Position numbers and translations under genes: made by a program. This document shows, piece after piece, positions 20,679 to 30,969 of a stretch of DNA of 64,000 nt (within the stretch, counting starts at the first letter, position 1; every line of letters starts with the position of its first letter). The notes under the pieces are model-generated. The model was given only the letters and a program-made list of their open reading frames with translations, ran no database searches and had not been told where the DNA came from. Source of the DNA: an uncultured Candidatus Rokubacteria bacterium (GTDB lineage Bacteria > Methylomirabilota > Methylomirabilia > Rokubacteriales > DASRDR01); the NCBI GenBank assembly GCA_963708025.1, contig CAVPSB010000031.1, positions 32,001-96,000 on the forward strand, read 5' to 3'.

Positions 20679-22229
20679 ATGACGCGAGCGGGATGGACGA
20701 GGCGGGAGATCTTGCAGGCCGGCGCCGCGCTGGCCTGCGCCACGGCGACGGCGGGATGGCCGCGGCGGGCCCCGGCCCAGGGCACCCCCGCCGGCGTCGG
20801 AACGCTGCGGCTCGGTGTCGGGGCGCTGCCGGCGACCCTGGACCCGCACCGGAACACGGCGGGCGTGTCGATGGCGACCTACTTCCAGCTCTACAACGGC
20901 CTCACCCGCATCGACGAGGCCGGCCAGCTCCAGCCGGGACTCGCCGAGTCCTGGCGCTGGGTGAACGACCGGGTCTTCCAGCTCAAGCTGCGGAAGGGCG
21001 TGTCGTTCCACAACGGCGAGGCCTTCGACGCCGACACGGTCAAGTGGAATGTCGAGCGCATCCTGAGCGCGGACACCAAGTCGCCGGTGAAGGACCGCAT
21101 CCCGACCGTCACCGGCGTCGAGGTGGTGGACGGGCTCACCGTCAACCTGGTCAACGGCGGGCCCTCGGGGCTCCTCCCCCGCGCGCTTGCCGTCGTCTTC
21201 CAGATCCCGCCCGGCTACTACCAGGCCAAGGGGGCGAACGAGTTCGTGCGCCAGCCGGTGGGCACCGGCCCGTTCCGCTTCGTCTCGGGCACGCCCGGCG
21301 ACAACCAGACGCTGGAAGCGTTCGCGGGCTACTGGGAGGGCGCGCCGAAGCTCCGGCAGGTGTTCATGCGGGTCATGAAGGAGGACGGGGCGCGGGTGGC
21401 GGCGCTGGAGGCGGGCGACGTCAACATGATCCAGAACGTGCCGCCCGACCAGGCCAAGCGCCTCGGCGCCGCCGGGTTCCCGGTCGTCTCGGAGCTGATG
21501 GCGCGCCAGCACTTCTGCATCGCCAACAGCGTGCTGGAGGGCGGCGGGCCCTTCAAGGATCCGCGGGTCCGCCAGGCACTGAACTACGCGGTCGACAAGG
21601 AGGCGATCCTCAGCCGGATCTTCTTCGGCTACGGGAAGCTCGCCGAGGGCCAGTTCGTCGACTCCCGGGCGGTCGGGTACAACAAGACGCTCCGGCGCTT
21701 CCCTCACGATCCCGCCAAGGCCAAGGGGCTCCTGGCCGCGGCCGGGGTCGGGAGCTCGCCCGTCACCTTCTGGGCGACCCAGGGCGTCTATCTCAAGGAC
21801 AAGGAGACGATCGAGGCGGTCGCCGGCTATCTGAGCGACGTCGGGTTGAACGTGCAGATCAACCAGGTCGAGTGGGCGAAGTTCACCGAGGTCGGGTATG
21901 GCTCAAAGATGACCGGGCTCAACCTGCAGGGCTGGAACTACTTCCCGGTGATGGACGCCGACTTCATCATCACCCACTACAAATCGGCGAACAAGCCGGC
22001 GTGGTACGCCAACGAGAAGTTCGACGAGCTGTACCGGAAGTCAACGGTGACCACCGACCCGGCCCAGCGGGCTCAGATCCTCGCCGAGGCCCAGCAAGTC
22101 CTGCACGACGATCCGCCGGGGATCTACCTTCTCCACCCGCCCGACATGTTCGCGCTGAGCCGGAAGGTCCAGGGGTTCAAGCCGCGCTGGGACGCCACCA
22201 TCCCGCTCCTCGGCGTCACCAAGGCCTGA
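20679..22229 (+). CDS. ABC transporter substrate-binding protein, family 5 (Tat signal)
   Basis: TRREIL; LRKGVSFHNGE, PVGTGPF and DPRVRQAL motifs. Confidence 0.93.
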   Translation: MTRAGWTRREILQAGAALACATATAGWPRRAPAQGTPAGVGTLRLGVGALPATLDPHRNTAGVSMATYFQLYNGLTRIDEAGQLQPGLAESWRWVNDRVFQLKLRKGVSFHNGEAFDADTVKWNVERILSADTKSPVKDRIPTVTGVEVVDGLTVNLVNGGPSGLLPRALAVVFQIPPGYYQAKGANEFVRQPVGTGPFRFVSGTPGDNQTLEAFAGYWEGAPKLRQVFMRVMKEDGARVAALEAGDVNMIQNVPPDQAKRLGAAGFPVVSELMARQHFCIANSVLEGGGPFKDPRVRQALNYAVDKEAILSRIFFGYGKLAEGQFVDSRAVGYNKTLRRFPHDPAKAKGLLAAAGVGSSPVTFWATQGVYLKDKETIEAVAGYLSDVGLNVQINQVEWAKFTEVGYGSKMTGLNLQGWNYFPVMDADFIITHYKSANKPAWYANEKFDELYRKSTVTTDPAQRAQILAEAQQVLHDDPPGIYLLHPPDMFALSRKVQGFKPRWDATIPLLGVTKA

Positions 22230-22232
22230 TCG

Positions 22233-22270
22233 TCGGAGGGGGCTACCGGATCGGACGGAGCCCCCTCCGA
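22233..22270. repeat. intercistronic inverted repeat with a 12-bp stem
   Basis: TCGGAGGGGGCT...AGCCCCCTCCGA. Confidence 0.8.
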
Positions 22271-22278
22271 GCCTCCCC

Positions 22279-23199
22279 GTGAGTCCCCGCTACGTTCTGC
22301 GCAAGCTCGGCCAGGGCCTCCTCATAGTGTGGGGAGTCTCGACGATCGTGTTCGTCGCGGTGCGGCTCTCCGGCGACCCGGTCACCCTGATGGTCTCCGA
22401 CACGGCGGGGGCGGCGGTGGTGGCGGCGATGCGGCAGGCCTACGGCTTCGACCGGCCGATCCCCGTCCAGTACCTGGGGTTCCTCGGGCAGGTCGCCCGC
22501 GGGGACTTCGGCGAGTCGCTGCAGTTCAACCTGCCCGCCCTCGGTGTCGCGGCCGGCCGGCTCCCGGCCACGCTCGCCCTGGCGCTGGCCTCGCTGGCGG
22601 TCGCCATCCTCGTGGGCTTCCCGGCGGGCATCCTGGCCGCGATCTACCGGAACACCTGGCTCGACCGGACGGCGATGCTCCTCGCACTCCTCGGCCAGTC
22701 CACGCCGACGTTCTGGTCCGGCCTCATCGCCATCCTCCTCTTCGCCGCCTGGTGGCGGCTCTTGCCGGCCTCGGGCGGCGAGACCTGGTCGCACCTCATC
22801 CTACCGGCCTGCACGCTGGGCTGGTTCTCGGCGGCCAAGGTGAGCCGCGTCCTCCGGTCGGCCGTCCTCGAGGCGCTGGCCGCGGACTTCGTCCGCACCG
22901 CGCGGGCCAAGGGGCTCGGGACCGCGTCCGTCTTCCTCCGCCACGTCGTCCAGAACGCCCTCATCTCGGTCACCGCGCTGCTGACGCTCGAGTTCCAACT
23001 TCTGCTCGGTGGGGCGATCGTCACCGAGACCGTCTTCGCGTACCCCGGCATGGGCCGGCTGGTGATCCAGGCGGTCGGGACCCGCGACTACCCGCTCGTC
23101 CAGGCGGTCGTGTTCCTGTTCAGCTTCCTGCTCGTGCTGACCAACGTCCTCGTCGAGCTGTGCTACCCGTGGCTGGATCCGCGCATCGCACGCCAGTGA
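22279..23199 (+). CDS. ABC permease, DppB/OppB-like
   Basis: GDFGES, RLPATL, FVRTARAKGL and ETVFAYPGMG motifs. Confidence 0.93.
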   Translation: MSPRYVLRKLGQGLLIVWGVSTIVFVAVRLSGDPVTLMVSDTAGAAVVAAMRQAYGFDRPIPVQYLGFLGQVARGDFGESLQFNLPALGVAAGRLPATLALALASLAVAILVGFPAGILAAIYRNTWLDRTAMLLALLGQSTPTFWSGLIAILLFAAWWRLLPASGGETWSHLILPACTLGWFSAAKVSRVLRSAVLEALAADFVRTARAKGLGTASVFLRHVVQNALISVTALLTLEFQLLLGGAIVTETVFAYPGMGRLVIQAVGTRDYPLVQAVVFLFSFLLVLTNVLVELCYPWLDPRIARQ

Positions 23200-24041
23200 C
23201 GCGGCGACGCCGGCTCCGGACGCCCGGCGTCCTGGCGGCGGCCGCCGTCCTGCTGCTCGTCTCGACGTGGGCGGCCGCCCCGCACCTCGTCACCTCGGCC
23301 AACCCGCTGCGCGGCCGGCTCATCGACAACTTCCAGCCGATGGCCGGGCTGGCGGGCGGGAGCCTCGCCCACCCGCTGGGCACCGACAGCCTGGGGCGCG
23401 ACGTGTTCGCGCGGATCGTCCATGGCGCCCGGCCCTCACTCGTGGTCGGGGGGACGGCGGTGCTCCTGGCCGGGTTCCTCGGAGTGGCCGCGGGCCTGCT
23501 GGCCGGCTACTTCCGGGGAGGCTGGGACGCGGTCCTCATGGGGGCGGCCGACATCCAGCTCGGCTTCCCGTTCCTGCTGATGGCCATCACGCTGGCGGCT
23601 CTCTTCGGCGCGGGGCTCCGGACGGCGGTCCTGGCCCTGGTCCTCACCGGCTGGGTGCCATATGCGCGGCTGACGCGGGCCGAGCTGCTGAGCTTGCGCG
23701 AGCAGCCGTTCGTCCAGGCTGGCCAGGCGCTCGGCGCCTCGCCGGGGCGGCTCCTGCTCCGCCACATCCTGCCCAACGTCGCGCCGACCGTCGTCGTCGT
23801 CGCCACGTTCTCGTTCGCCCAGATGATCATCCTGGAGTCCGCGCTCAGCTTCCTGGGCCTGGGGATCCAGCCGCCCCAGCCCTCGTGGGGCAGCATGCTG
23901 AGCGACGCCCGCAACTACCTGGTGACGGCGTGGTGGGCCGGCGTCTTCCCGGGGCTGGCCATCGTGGCGACCGTGCTCTCGGTCAACGTCATCGGCGAGC
24001 GGCTCCGCGAGGTGCTCGACCCCCGCCTCCGCGGCGTGTAG
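23196..24041 (+). CDS. ABC permease, DppC/OppC-like
   Basis: HPLGTDSLGRD, RHILPN and ESALSFLGLG motifs; GTGA overlap. Confidence 0.93.
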   Translation: MTRRRRLRTPGVLAAAAVLLLVSTWAAAPHLVTSANPLRGRLIDNFQPMAGLAGGSLAHPLGTDSLGRDVFARIVHGARPSLVVGGTAVLLAGFLGVAAGLLAGYFRGGWDAVLMGAADIQLGFPFLLMAITLAALFGAGLRTAVLALVLTGWVPYARLTRAELLSLREQPFVQAGQALGASPGRLLLRHILPNVAPTVVVVATFSFAQMIILESALSFLGLGIQPPQPSWGSMLSDARNYLVTAWWAGVFPGLAIVATVLSVNVIGERLREVLDPRLRGV

Positions 24042-24257
24042 CCGAGGGCCATGGGATTACGCTCGGCGGGACGTCCTTCTCAGTGAGCGCGGGTCGGGGC
24101 CGCGGATGCGGCCTGGCCGCACTCCTCCGGCAGCCGGACTCCGCGGAAGAGAAGGCCAAGCTCGAGGAGCTGCTGAACGACGAGAACATCGCCCGAGCGC
24201 TTCGCGCTGCGCCGTAGACAGGGCAGGCCTCGGCCTTCCGTCATCGCCGGGATCCGG

Positions 24258-24491
24258 TTGGGCCAGGCCTCCCACGGCCTGGGCCGCTATGCCGAGGCGG
24301 TGGAGGCGCTCCGGGCGACCGTGCGCGCGCTCCCGGGCGACCTGTCGCGCGAGACCTACGGCCTATCCGCCCCGCCCGCGGTGATCGCCCGGACCTGGCT
24401 CGCCTGGTGTCTGGCCGAGCGCGGGAAGTTCGCCGAGGGCGAGCGCCACGCCGAGGAGGGGCGCGCGATCGCCGAGCAGATGAACCAGAAG
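24258..24491 (+). pseudogene. TPR-like fragment resembling the C-terminal region of adenylate cyclase/AAA-TPR proteins
   Basis: LGQASHGLGRYAEA...ARTWLAWCLAERGKFAEG..HAEEG; lacks start and end context. Confidence 0.45.
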
Positions 24492-25592
24492 CTACGGCAT
24501 GCCCTTCATGGCCACGCGGGCGTAGTAGCGCTTGTCACCCAGCGCGTCCACGCGCGCCCAGAAATCCGGCGGCGAGGCCAGCCCTAGCTCGTTCACCCCG
24601 GCGCGCTGCCGCCAGATGCACCAGGACTCCGGGTGGAGCCGGCTCGCCTCCTGGAGCCAACGGTCGCCTTCCTCGCGCTCGCCCTGCCGGATCAGGAGCT
24701 GCCCCAGCCGGAACATCGCATGGCCCCGCACGGTGTCCTCCGTGGGCACGGCGAGGTGGCCGCGCGCGGCGTCCGCGTCGAACGCGTGCTCGCTCTCGGC
24801 GCCGTGGCGCACCCAGTCGCGGATGGCGTCGAGGTAGGTCGCTCTCGCCTGGGCGGTGAGGCGGGTCGCGTCCTCGGGCATCTCCCGGGTCTGGCGGTTC
24901 ATCTTGCGGAAGCCTTCGTAGGCGCCGGCCGGCTCCGCCGGCCGCACGATCTGCCCGCCCTCGTCGATCCAGACCGCCTGCGGCACGTTGACCATGTGGT
25001 AGAGGTCGGCGAGACGATGCTCGCGGTCGATCAGGTTGACGTAGCTGGGCCGGGCGGCCTCGATCCATTTCGACGGATCGCCGTCCCGGCTGTCCATGGC
25101 CACGGCGACGATCATGAAATTGCGGCCCTCCAGCTCCTCGTACAGCGCCTGCCACACGGGCAGGTCGCGGCGGCATCCTCACCACGAGGCCCACGTGACC
25201 AGCAAGACCTTCCTGCCGCGATAGTCGGAGAGCGAGTGCAGGCGCCCACCGGGGTCCGGCAGCGTGAAGTCGGGCGCCTGGAGGGAGCGCAGCGCGGCCG
25301 CGCGATCCCGTGCGCTCTGACCGAGCACCCAGGCATGGCCGCGCGCGCTGTGCACGACGGGTCGCCCCAGGTGGTGCCAGAGCGCGGCGATGTTCACGCG
25401 CGCGTCGCGGACGAACTCCCGCTCCCGGCCCGGCGGGAGCGGGACGCAGACAGGGCCCCGGCACAGACCCTCCGTCTTCGGCACCCAGCCCGTGGCGGCT
25501 TCGGCATCCCGCGCGGGAAGCCAGAGCGCGTCCCCGACGGCCTCGGCCTCGCGCACCACGAACTCGCCCTCGTCGGTCATCACGGTGATCAT
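24492..25592 (-). CDS. AhpC/TSA (TlpA/ResA-like) thioredoxin-fold selenoprotein, Sec at TGA 25179-25181
   Basis: APDFTLPD...SDYRGRKVLLVTWASW-TGA-GCRRDLPVWQ stays in frame across two called ORFs; SECIS-like hairpin follows; GAGGAG RBS. Confidence 0.85.
25145..25168 (-). promoter_or_regulatory. putative bacterial SECIS element
   Basis: GCG-A-CCTGCC-[CGTGT]-GGCAGG-CGC hairpin; the loop begins 20 nt after the UGA. Confidence 0.65.
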
Positions 25593-25606
25593 GTGATTCT
25601 CCTCAG

Positions 25607-26452
25607 CTATCCCCGCAGCCCCGTCGTCGAGATGCCCTGGACATAGTACCGCTGGAGCAGGAAGTAGAGCAGCAGCACGGGCAGACTGGCGGAGACGACC
25701 GCCGCCAGCAGGTAGTTCCAGAACGTCACGAACTCGGTGATGTACTTGGCGAGCGCGACCTGGACCACCGTGTACTCGGGGGAGGAGGTCGCCGCCAGCG
25801 GCCAGAAGAAGGCGTCCCACTGGCGGATAAAGGCCAGCAGGCTCGCCGTCACCAGAGCCGGCTTGACCAGGGGCAGCGCGATCCGCCAGTAGATCCCGAA
25901 CCACCCGCAGCCGTCGATCCGGGCCGCGTCGACCAGCTCCTGGGGGATCTCCTGGAAGAACTGGCGGAGCAGGAAGATCGAGAAGGCGTCGGCGACGGCG
26001 GGCACGATGAGGGCCCAGTAGGAATCGATCCAGCCGAAGTCCCGCACCACGATGTAGAGCGGAATCACGATGATCTCCAGCGGGACCATGAAGGTGACGA
26101 GCACGGCCACGAACAGGGGGTCCCGGCCCGGGAAGCGGAACCGGGCGAAGCCGAAGCCGGCCAGGGAGTTGACGAAGAGGCCCAGGGCCGTCACCGTCAG
26201 GCCCACGAAGAGGCTGTTGGCCATGTAGCGGTGGAACCGATCGGTGCCGAAGATGTAGGCGAAGCCGCCGAGCGTCGGCTCGCGCGGCACGAACGTCCAG
26301 AGCGAGAGCGGCCGGATGTCACGGAAGATCGCCGCGTTCTCCCGAAACGACGCGCCCAGCGCCCACAGGAACGGCAGCGCGGTGACCAGCGCGACGAGGA
26401 CGAGCGCGCCGTAGAGGAGGGTGGCCCGCAGCGGGCCGCGCCGGCGTTCCAT
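25607..26452 (-). CDS. carbohydrate ABC permease (MalG-like)
   Basis: EAA loop ELVDAARIDGC; WDAFFWPL. Confidence 0.93.
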   Translation of the reverse strand: MERRRGPLRATLLYGALVLVALVTALPFLWALGASFRENAAIFRDIRPLSLWTFVPREPTLGGFAYIFGTDRFHRYMANSLFVGLTVTALGLFVNSLAGFGFARFRFPGRDPLFVAVLVTFMVPLEIIVIPLYIVVRDFGWIDSYWALIVPAVADAFSIFLLRQFFQEIPQELVDAARIDGCGWFGIYWRIALPLVKPALVTASLLAFIRQWDAFFWPLAATSSPEYTVVQVALAKYITEFVTFWNYLLAAVVSASLPVLLLYFLLQRYYVQGISTTGLRG

Positions 26453-26455
26453 CGA

Positions 26456-27376
26456 TCAGTACTCGAAGCGGGCGCGCAGCACCCGGAACTGGAGGAACAC
26501 GACGATCAGCATGACCGCGAGGAGAACCGTCGAGACGGCGCTCGCGTATCCGAGCCGGAAGTAGACGAAGGCGTTGCGGTAGACCTCGAACATCAGGACC
26601 GTGGTCGTGTCGGACGGCCCGCCCTGGGTCATGATGTAGACCGGGGCGAAGAGCAGGAAGTTGATCGCCGTGTCGGCCACCACCACGAACACGATCGTCC
26701 GCGTGAGGAGCGGGAGCGTCACCCGCCAGAAGAAGGACCAGGGCGGGGCGCCGTCGAGCACGGCCGCCTCCCGGTAGACGGCCGGGATCGCCTGGAGGCC
26801 GGCCAGGAAGATGACCATCCAGTAGCCGACGCCCTTCCAGGTCACCATGGCGATCACCGCGGCCATGGCCTGCCGCGCGCTGGTGAGCAGGGGCTGGGGC
26901 GGCACCCCGAAGACCGCCAGCAGCGCGTTCACCAGCCCGTTGTCCGGGTTGTACATCAGGTCCCACACGATGCTGGCCACCACCAGCGAGATGACCGCGG
27001 GGACGAAGAAGATCGAGCGGAAGACGGCCATGCCGGGGAGCCGCCGGTTCACCAGCACGGCCAGGGCCAGGGCGAGGGCCACCTGGAGCGGCGTCACCAC
27101 CGCGTTGAAGAGGAAGGTGTTCCAGCACGCCCGCCAGAAGAGCGAGTCGCCGAACAGCTCCCGGTAGTTGCCGAGTCCGATCCAGCTCCGGCGCCCCGAG
27201 ATCGCCTCGTAGTCGAAGAAGCTGGCCGCGAGCCCGACCCCGATCGGGTAGAGCTTGAAGAGGGCCAGCCCGAGGAGGGCGGGCGCGATGAAGAGATAGG
27301 GCGCGGCGACCCGGGATATTCGAGCTGGGGGGGAGCGCCGCTCCGCCCCCAGCCCCCCCCAGCGGTCAGCCGCCAC
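26456..27376 (-). CDS. carbohydrate ABC permease (MalF-like)
   Basis: GLGNY and LAGLQAIP..YREAAVLDGA motifs. Confidence 0.92.
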   Translation of the reverse strand: MAADRWGGLGAERRSPPARISRVAAPYLFIAPALLGLALFKLYPIGVGLAASFFDYEAISGRRSWIGLGNYRELFGDSLFWRACWNTFLFNAVVTPLQVALALALAVLVNRRLPGMAVFRSIFFVPAVISLVVASIVWDLMYNPDNGLVNALLAVFGVPPQPLLTSARQAMAAVIAMVTWKGVGYWMVIFLAGLQAIPAVYREAAVLDGAPPWSFFWRVTLPLLTRTIVFVVVADTAINFLLFAPVYIMTQGGPSDTTTVLMFEVYRNAFVYFRLGYASAVSTVLLAVMLIVVFLQFRVLRARFEY

Positions 27377-27388
27377 GACCCGACACGG

Positions 27389-28672
27389 CTACTTCTTGTA
27401 GCGGCCGAGCACCGCGTCGATCCGCGCCACCGCGGTGTCCAGCTCCTTCTTCGCCTCGGCGCCGTCGATTACGTTCCGGATGGCCGCCCGCAGCAGGTCC
27501 TCGTACTCCCGCCACGCCGGCGTGCCGGGCCTTCGGATGGCCGTGTGCGTCACCTCGTAGTAGAAGAGGCTGTTCGGTGGCTGCTTGAACTCGTCGGGGA
27601 ACGCCTCGAAGGTCGACTTCCGCACCGGCGTGTAGTTCATGATCGTGAAGTTGTCTTTGGCCTGGCTCGCGTTCGCGTAGGCCAGGGCGAGCGCCGCCGC
27701 CTCTTTGGGGTGCTTCGTCTTCTTGAAGACCCCGACGTGCCAGGCCCCGGTCGGGGTCACCGGCTTCTTGAACGCGGGGTGCGGGGTGAGCGCCCACTTC
27801 GTCTGGGGGAACAGCCGCGGGATCTGCTTGACGTGCGGCGAGTTCGCCAGGAAGAGGGCGGCCTGTCCGCGGCCGAAGGCGTCGGGGATGGGCTTCTTGG
27901 GCGCCACCGCGTGCTTGTTGTAGAGGTCGCCGTAGAACTGGAGCGCCTCCACCGCCTCCGGGCTGTTCAGGAAGCCGGTCGTCTTCGAGCCGTCGGGGCT
28001 GATGGCCTGGGCGCCGTTGGACTGGAGCAGCGGCAGGATCTGGTAGGGCCGGTCGACCTGCTCGACGACGAAGCCGTAGACTTGGACCGTCCCGTCGGGC
28101 GCCTTCTTCGTGAGCTTCTTCGCCGCCTCGAGGAGCTGGGCCCACGTCCAGCGCTTGTCCGGGCTCGAGGGGGGCGTGATCCCCGCCTCCTTCACCATGT
28201 CCAGGTTGTAGAAGACGGCCTGGCTGGAGGACGACCACGGGAGCGTGAGGATCTTCCCGTTGTACGTCGCGATCTGGCGCTCCTGCTCCAGGAAGTCCTC
28301 CCAGTCCTTCTTGTCCACGTACTCGTCGAGCGGCAGGAGCACGTCCTGGTACGCGTAGCTGGCGACCAGCGGGCTGTCCACGTCGAACGCGTCGATGCCG
28401 CTCCCGGCCGCCATCGAGACCGAGACCTTCTGGAAGTACTGGTCGAAGGGGAGCTCGGACAGCTCCACCTTGATGCTCGGGTGGGCCTTCTCGAACCGCT
28501 CGACGACCTGGAGGATGGCCTGGCGGCGCGGCTCGCCGCGCGCCACCGAGAGGTACTTGAGGCTGATCTTCTCCTGGGCCGCGACCCGGGCCGGGCCGGC
28601 CAGCCCGGTCGTGGCGGCGGCGGCGACGGCGCCGCCGGCCAGGCGGGTGAACGCGCGACGGGTCATCTTCAT
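27389..28672 (-). CDS. sugar ABC substrate-binding protein, family 1 (Tat signal)
   Basis: MKMTRRAF; FEKAHPSIKV, FYNLDM and WTW motifs. Confidence 0.92.
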   Translation of the reverse strand: MKMTRRAFTRLAGGAVAAAATTGLAGPARVAAQEKISLKYLSVARGEPRRQAILQVVERFEKAHPSIKVELSELPFDQYFQKVSVSMAAGSGIDAFDVDSPLVASYAYQDVLLPLDEYVDKKDWEDFLEQERQIATYNGKILTLPWSSSSQAVFYNLDMVKEAGITPPSSPDKRWTWAQLLEAAKKLTKKAPDGTVQVYGFVVEQVDRPYQILPLLQSNGAQAISPDGSKTTGFLNSPEAVEALQFYGDLYNKHAVAPKKPIPDAFGRGQAALFLANSPHVKQIPRLFPQTKWALTPHPAFKKPVTPTGAWHVGVFKKTKHPKEAAALALAYANASQAKDNFTIMNYTPVRKSTFEAFPDEFKQPPNSLFYYEVTHTAIRRPGTPAWREYEDLLRAAIRNVIDGAEAKKELDTAVARIDAVLGRYKK

Positions 28673-29727
28673 GGCGTGTCTCTCCTTCCCTGCGAGACCA
28701 ATTGAGGGGCGCCGGGCGATGGGCTCAATGCCCGTGTCAGGGCCGGCAGGAACCGCTGCTGGAAGCGGGGCTCGTCCACCTCGAGGGCGACGTCCACCGG
28801 GCCGCCGCGCGGCGGGCGGAGCCCGCCGGCGATGCCGGCCCGGCGCCCGAGCGTCTGGCCGTAGGTCGCCTCCCCGCGCAGCTCGACGCCGACCTCCAGC
28901 CGCTCGGTGCGCACCAGGCCCGGATCGAGCGCGACGGCGACCGCCAGCGGATCGTGGAGCCAGCAGCCGGGGATCCCGCGCCGCGCCTGGACGAAGCGGA
29001 TCCAGGGCTCGGTGGTCGTGCGGACCAGCCGGGCGGCCGGCGTGTCGGCGCCGGCAGCGTCCCGGAGCTGCTCCAGCGTCAGGTGCGTCCGGGTCGTCAC
29101 GTCGAGGCCGACCATCGTGAGCGGCGCCCCCGAGCGGAGGACGACGTGGAGGGCCTCGGGGTCGTTGGCGACGTTGAACTCGATCGGCGCGATGCCCGGG
29201 TGGTGGCAGTGGAGGTTCCCGCCCATGAAGACGATTCGCCGCACCGCCTCCGCCACCCGGGGCTCGAGCAGGAGTGCTAAGGCCACGTTGGTGAGCGGGC
29301 CCACCGGCACCAGGGTGACCTCGCCGGGTGACCCCATGACGGTCTCGACGATGAACTCCGCGGCCCGCCCCGGGCGGACCGCGAGCCGCGTCGTGGGGCG
29401 CGGGACATCGCGCCACAGCTCGTGGGCCAGCGGATCGTCGCGGCGGGCGCGGAGGAAGGCGGTGACCTCGGCCCGGTCGCGGACCAGCGCCCGGGCGGCG
29501 CCGGCGTGGACGGGCACGTCGGGACGCCCGAGCGCTTCCAGGGCGGCGAGCGTCGAGGGAACGGCCTCGTCCAGCTCCACGTTCCCGTGCACCACGGTGA
29601 GACCTTCGAGGGAGAGCTCCGGGCTCCCCAGCGCGAAGGCGATGGCCAGGACGTCGTCCACGTCGGCGCCGGGGATGCCGGCGCTCGGGTCCGTGTCGAG
29701 GATCACGCGGAGCGGTGCCGCGCCCAT
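28669..29727 (-). CDS. nucleoside hydrolase (IUNH family)
   Basis: ILDTDP..DVDD, GPLTN, MGG, EFN..DPEA, GLDVT and HDP motifs. Confidence 0.92.
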   Translation of the reverse strand: MGAAPLRVILDTDPSAGIPGADVDDVLAIAFALGSPELSLEGLTVVHGNVELDEAVPSTLAALEALGRPDVPVHAGAARALVRDRAEVTAFLRARRDDPLAHELWRDVPRPTTRLAVRPGRAAEFIVETVMGSPGEVTLVPVGPLTNVALALLLEPRVAEAVRRIVFMGGNLHCHHPGIAPIEFNVANDPEALHVVLRSGAPLTMVGLDVTTRTHLTLEQLRDAAGADTPAARLVRTTTEPWIRFVQARRGIPGCWLHDPLAVAVALDPGLVRTERLEVGVELRGEATYGQTLGRRAGIAGGLRPPRGGPVDVALEVDEPRFQQRFLPALTRALSPSPGAPQLVSQGRRDTP

Positions 29728-29799
29728 GGTGTGACCGGTATGCAGGGTAGCGCGTCCTTGCCTGGGATCGCAACCCGGGGTACCGTTGACGGGCGGCAC

Positions 29800-30807
29800 A
29801 TGAAGACCATCATTACGTTCCTGGCCGTGTTCCTCCTCGTCGCATTCGGCGTGTTCGTCGTCCGTGAGACGGCCGCGGTCGTGGCATTGGCGCGCGATAT
29901 TCACCCGACGTTCGGCGACGTCACCTTGTGGGGGCTGCTCGTCGTCTACGCCGTGTGTCTCGTCGTCCCGGTGGTGCTGTTCCTACGATTGCCCAGGCCC
30001 TTGCGTCCACCGGCGGCGGGCTCCGACGGCCTCGACCGCCACCTGGGGCGCCTGGCGACCAGGCTGGCGCGCAACCCGCATCTGAGCGGGGCCGGCATCA
30101 GCGCGGATCGTCCCGGGGTCGAGCGGGCGCTCGGGCTTCTCGAGGAGCGAGCGGACCAGGAGATCAAGCGGGAGGCGTCGCTGGTCTTCCTGAGCACCGC
30201 GCTCTCGCAGTCGGGCCGACTCGATGGCCTGTTCGTGCTCATCGTCCAGATCCGGCTGATCTGGAAGATCGCGCACGTGTACCGGCAACGTCCGAGCGTC
30301 AGGGAGATGCTCCATCTCTACGCCAACGTCGGAGCGACGGTCTTCGCCGCTCAGTCCCTCGAGGATCTGGACGTCAGCGAGGTGGTGCAGCCGCTCGTCC
30401 CGCCCCTGCTGGAGGCCGCCGGCGTGGGCGCGACCGTCGTGCTGGCGCCCGTCGGCGCCGTCCTGGCGGATTGTCTGCTCCAGGGCACGGTCAACTCCCT
30501 GCTGACGTTTCGAGTCGGGTGCATCGCCAAGCGCTACAGTACCGGCATGCCGTTGCCGGCGCCGCGGCTCGTGCGCAAGGCGGCGACGCGCGAGGCCGCC
30601 AGGATGCTTGGCAGCGTGGTCGTCGAGCTCAGCCGGACCGTGAGCAAGGCCGTGTGGGATGGCGCCCTTCAGCTCCTGAGCGGGAAGGCCAGAGCCGCAA
30701 GCAGCCGGGTGATGTCCTTCGTCGCGTCGGGCCCGATCGGTGTCGCAGTCGCCGAGGCCATCAAGAAGGTGTCGTCCCGGGAACCGTCAGACAGTCCTAT
30801 CCCTTGA
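29800..30807 (+). CDS. YcjF/DUF697-like membrane protein
   Basis: Two N-terminal TM helices; TALSQSGRLD and Q.RLI..IA..Y..RP motifs. Confidence 0.7.
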   Translation: MKTIITFLAVFLLVAFGVFVVRETAAVVALARDIHPTFGDVTLWGLLVVYAVCLVVPVVLFLRLPRPLRPPAAGSDGLDRHLGRLATRLARNPHLSGAGISADRPGVERALGLLEERADQEIKREASLVFLSTALSQSGRLDGLFVLIVQIRLIWKIAHVYRQRPSVREMLHLYANVGATVFAAQSLEDLDVSEVVQPLVPPLLEAAGVGATVVLAPVGAVLADCLLQGTVNSLLTFRVGCIAKRYSTGMPLPAPRLVRKAATREAARMLGSVVVELSRTVSKAVWDGALQLLSGKARAASSRVMSFVASGPIGVAVAEAIKKVSSREPSDSPIP

Positions 30808-30855
30808 TCTCGCCGGACGCGATCCGGTCGCCGGCCTCGCCGCTCGGGCCGGTGG

Positions 30856-30966
30856 ATGCAGTGGGTGATGAGCGCCCTCAGCGTACCCTTCCTCCTGGTG
30901 TTCCTGCTCATCGTGGCGGCGGGGTTGAACATGGCGCGACGACAGCTCGGGGTCGGCGGGTCCTGA
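30856..30966 (+). CDS. possible 36-aa single-TM protein or gene remnant
   Basis: MQWVMSALSVPFLLVFLLIVAAGLNMARRQLGVGGS with GC3-biased codons; no clear RBS. Confidence 0.3.
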   Translation: MQWVMSALSVPFLLVFLLIVAAGLNMARRQLGVGGS

Positions 30967-30969
30967 TTC

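Noticed and set aside
25179-25181. Nonsense mutation (pseudogene) reading of the TGA
   Set aside because: Its position at the redox Cys and the downstream hairpin favour selenocysteine, pending confirmation of sel genes.
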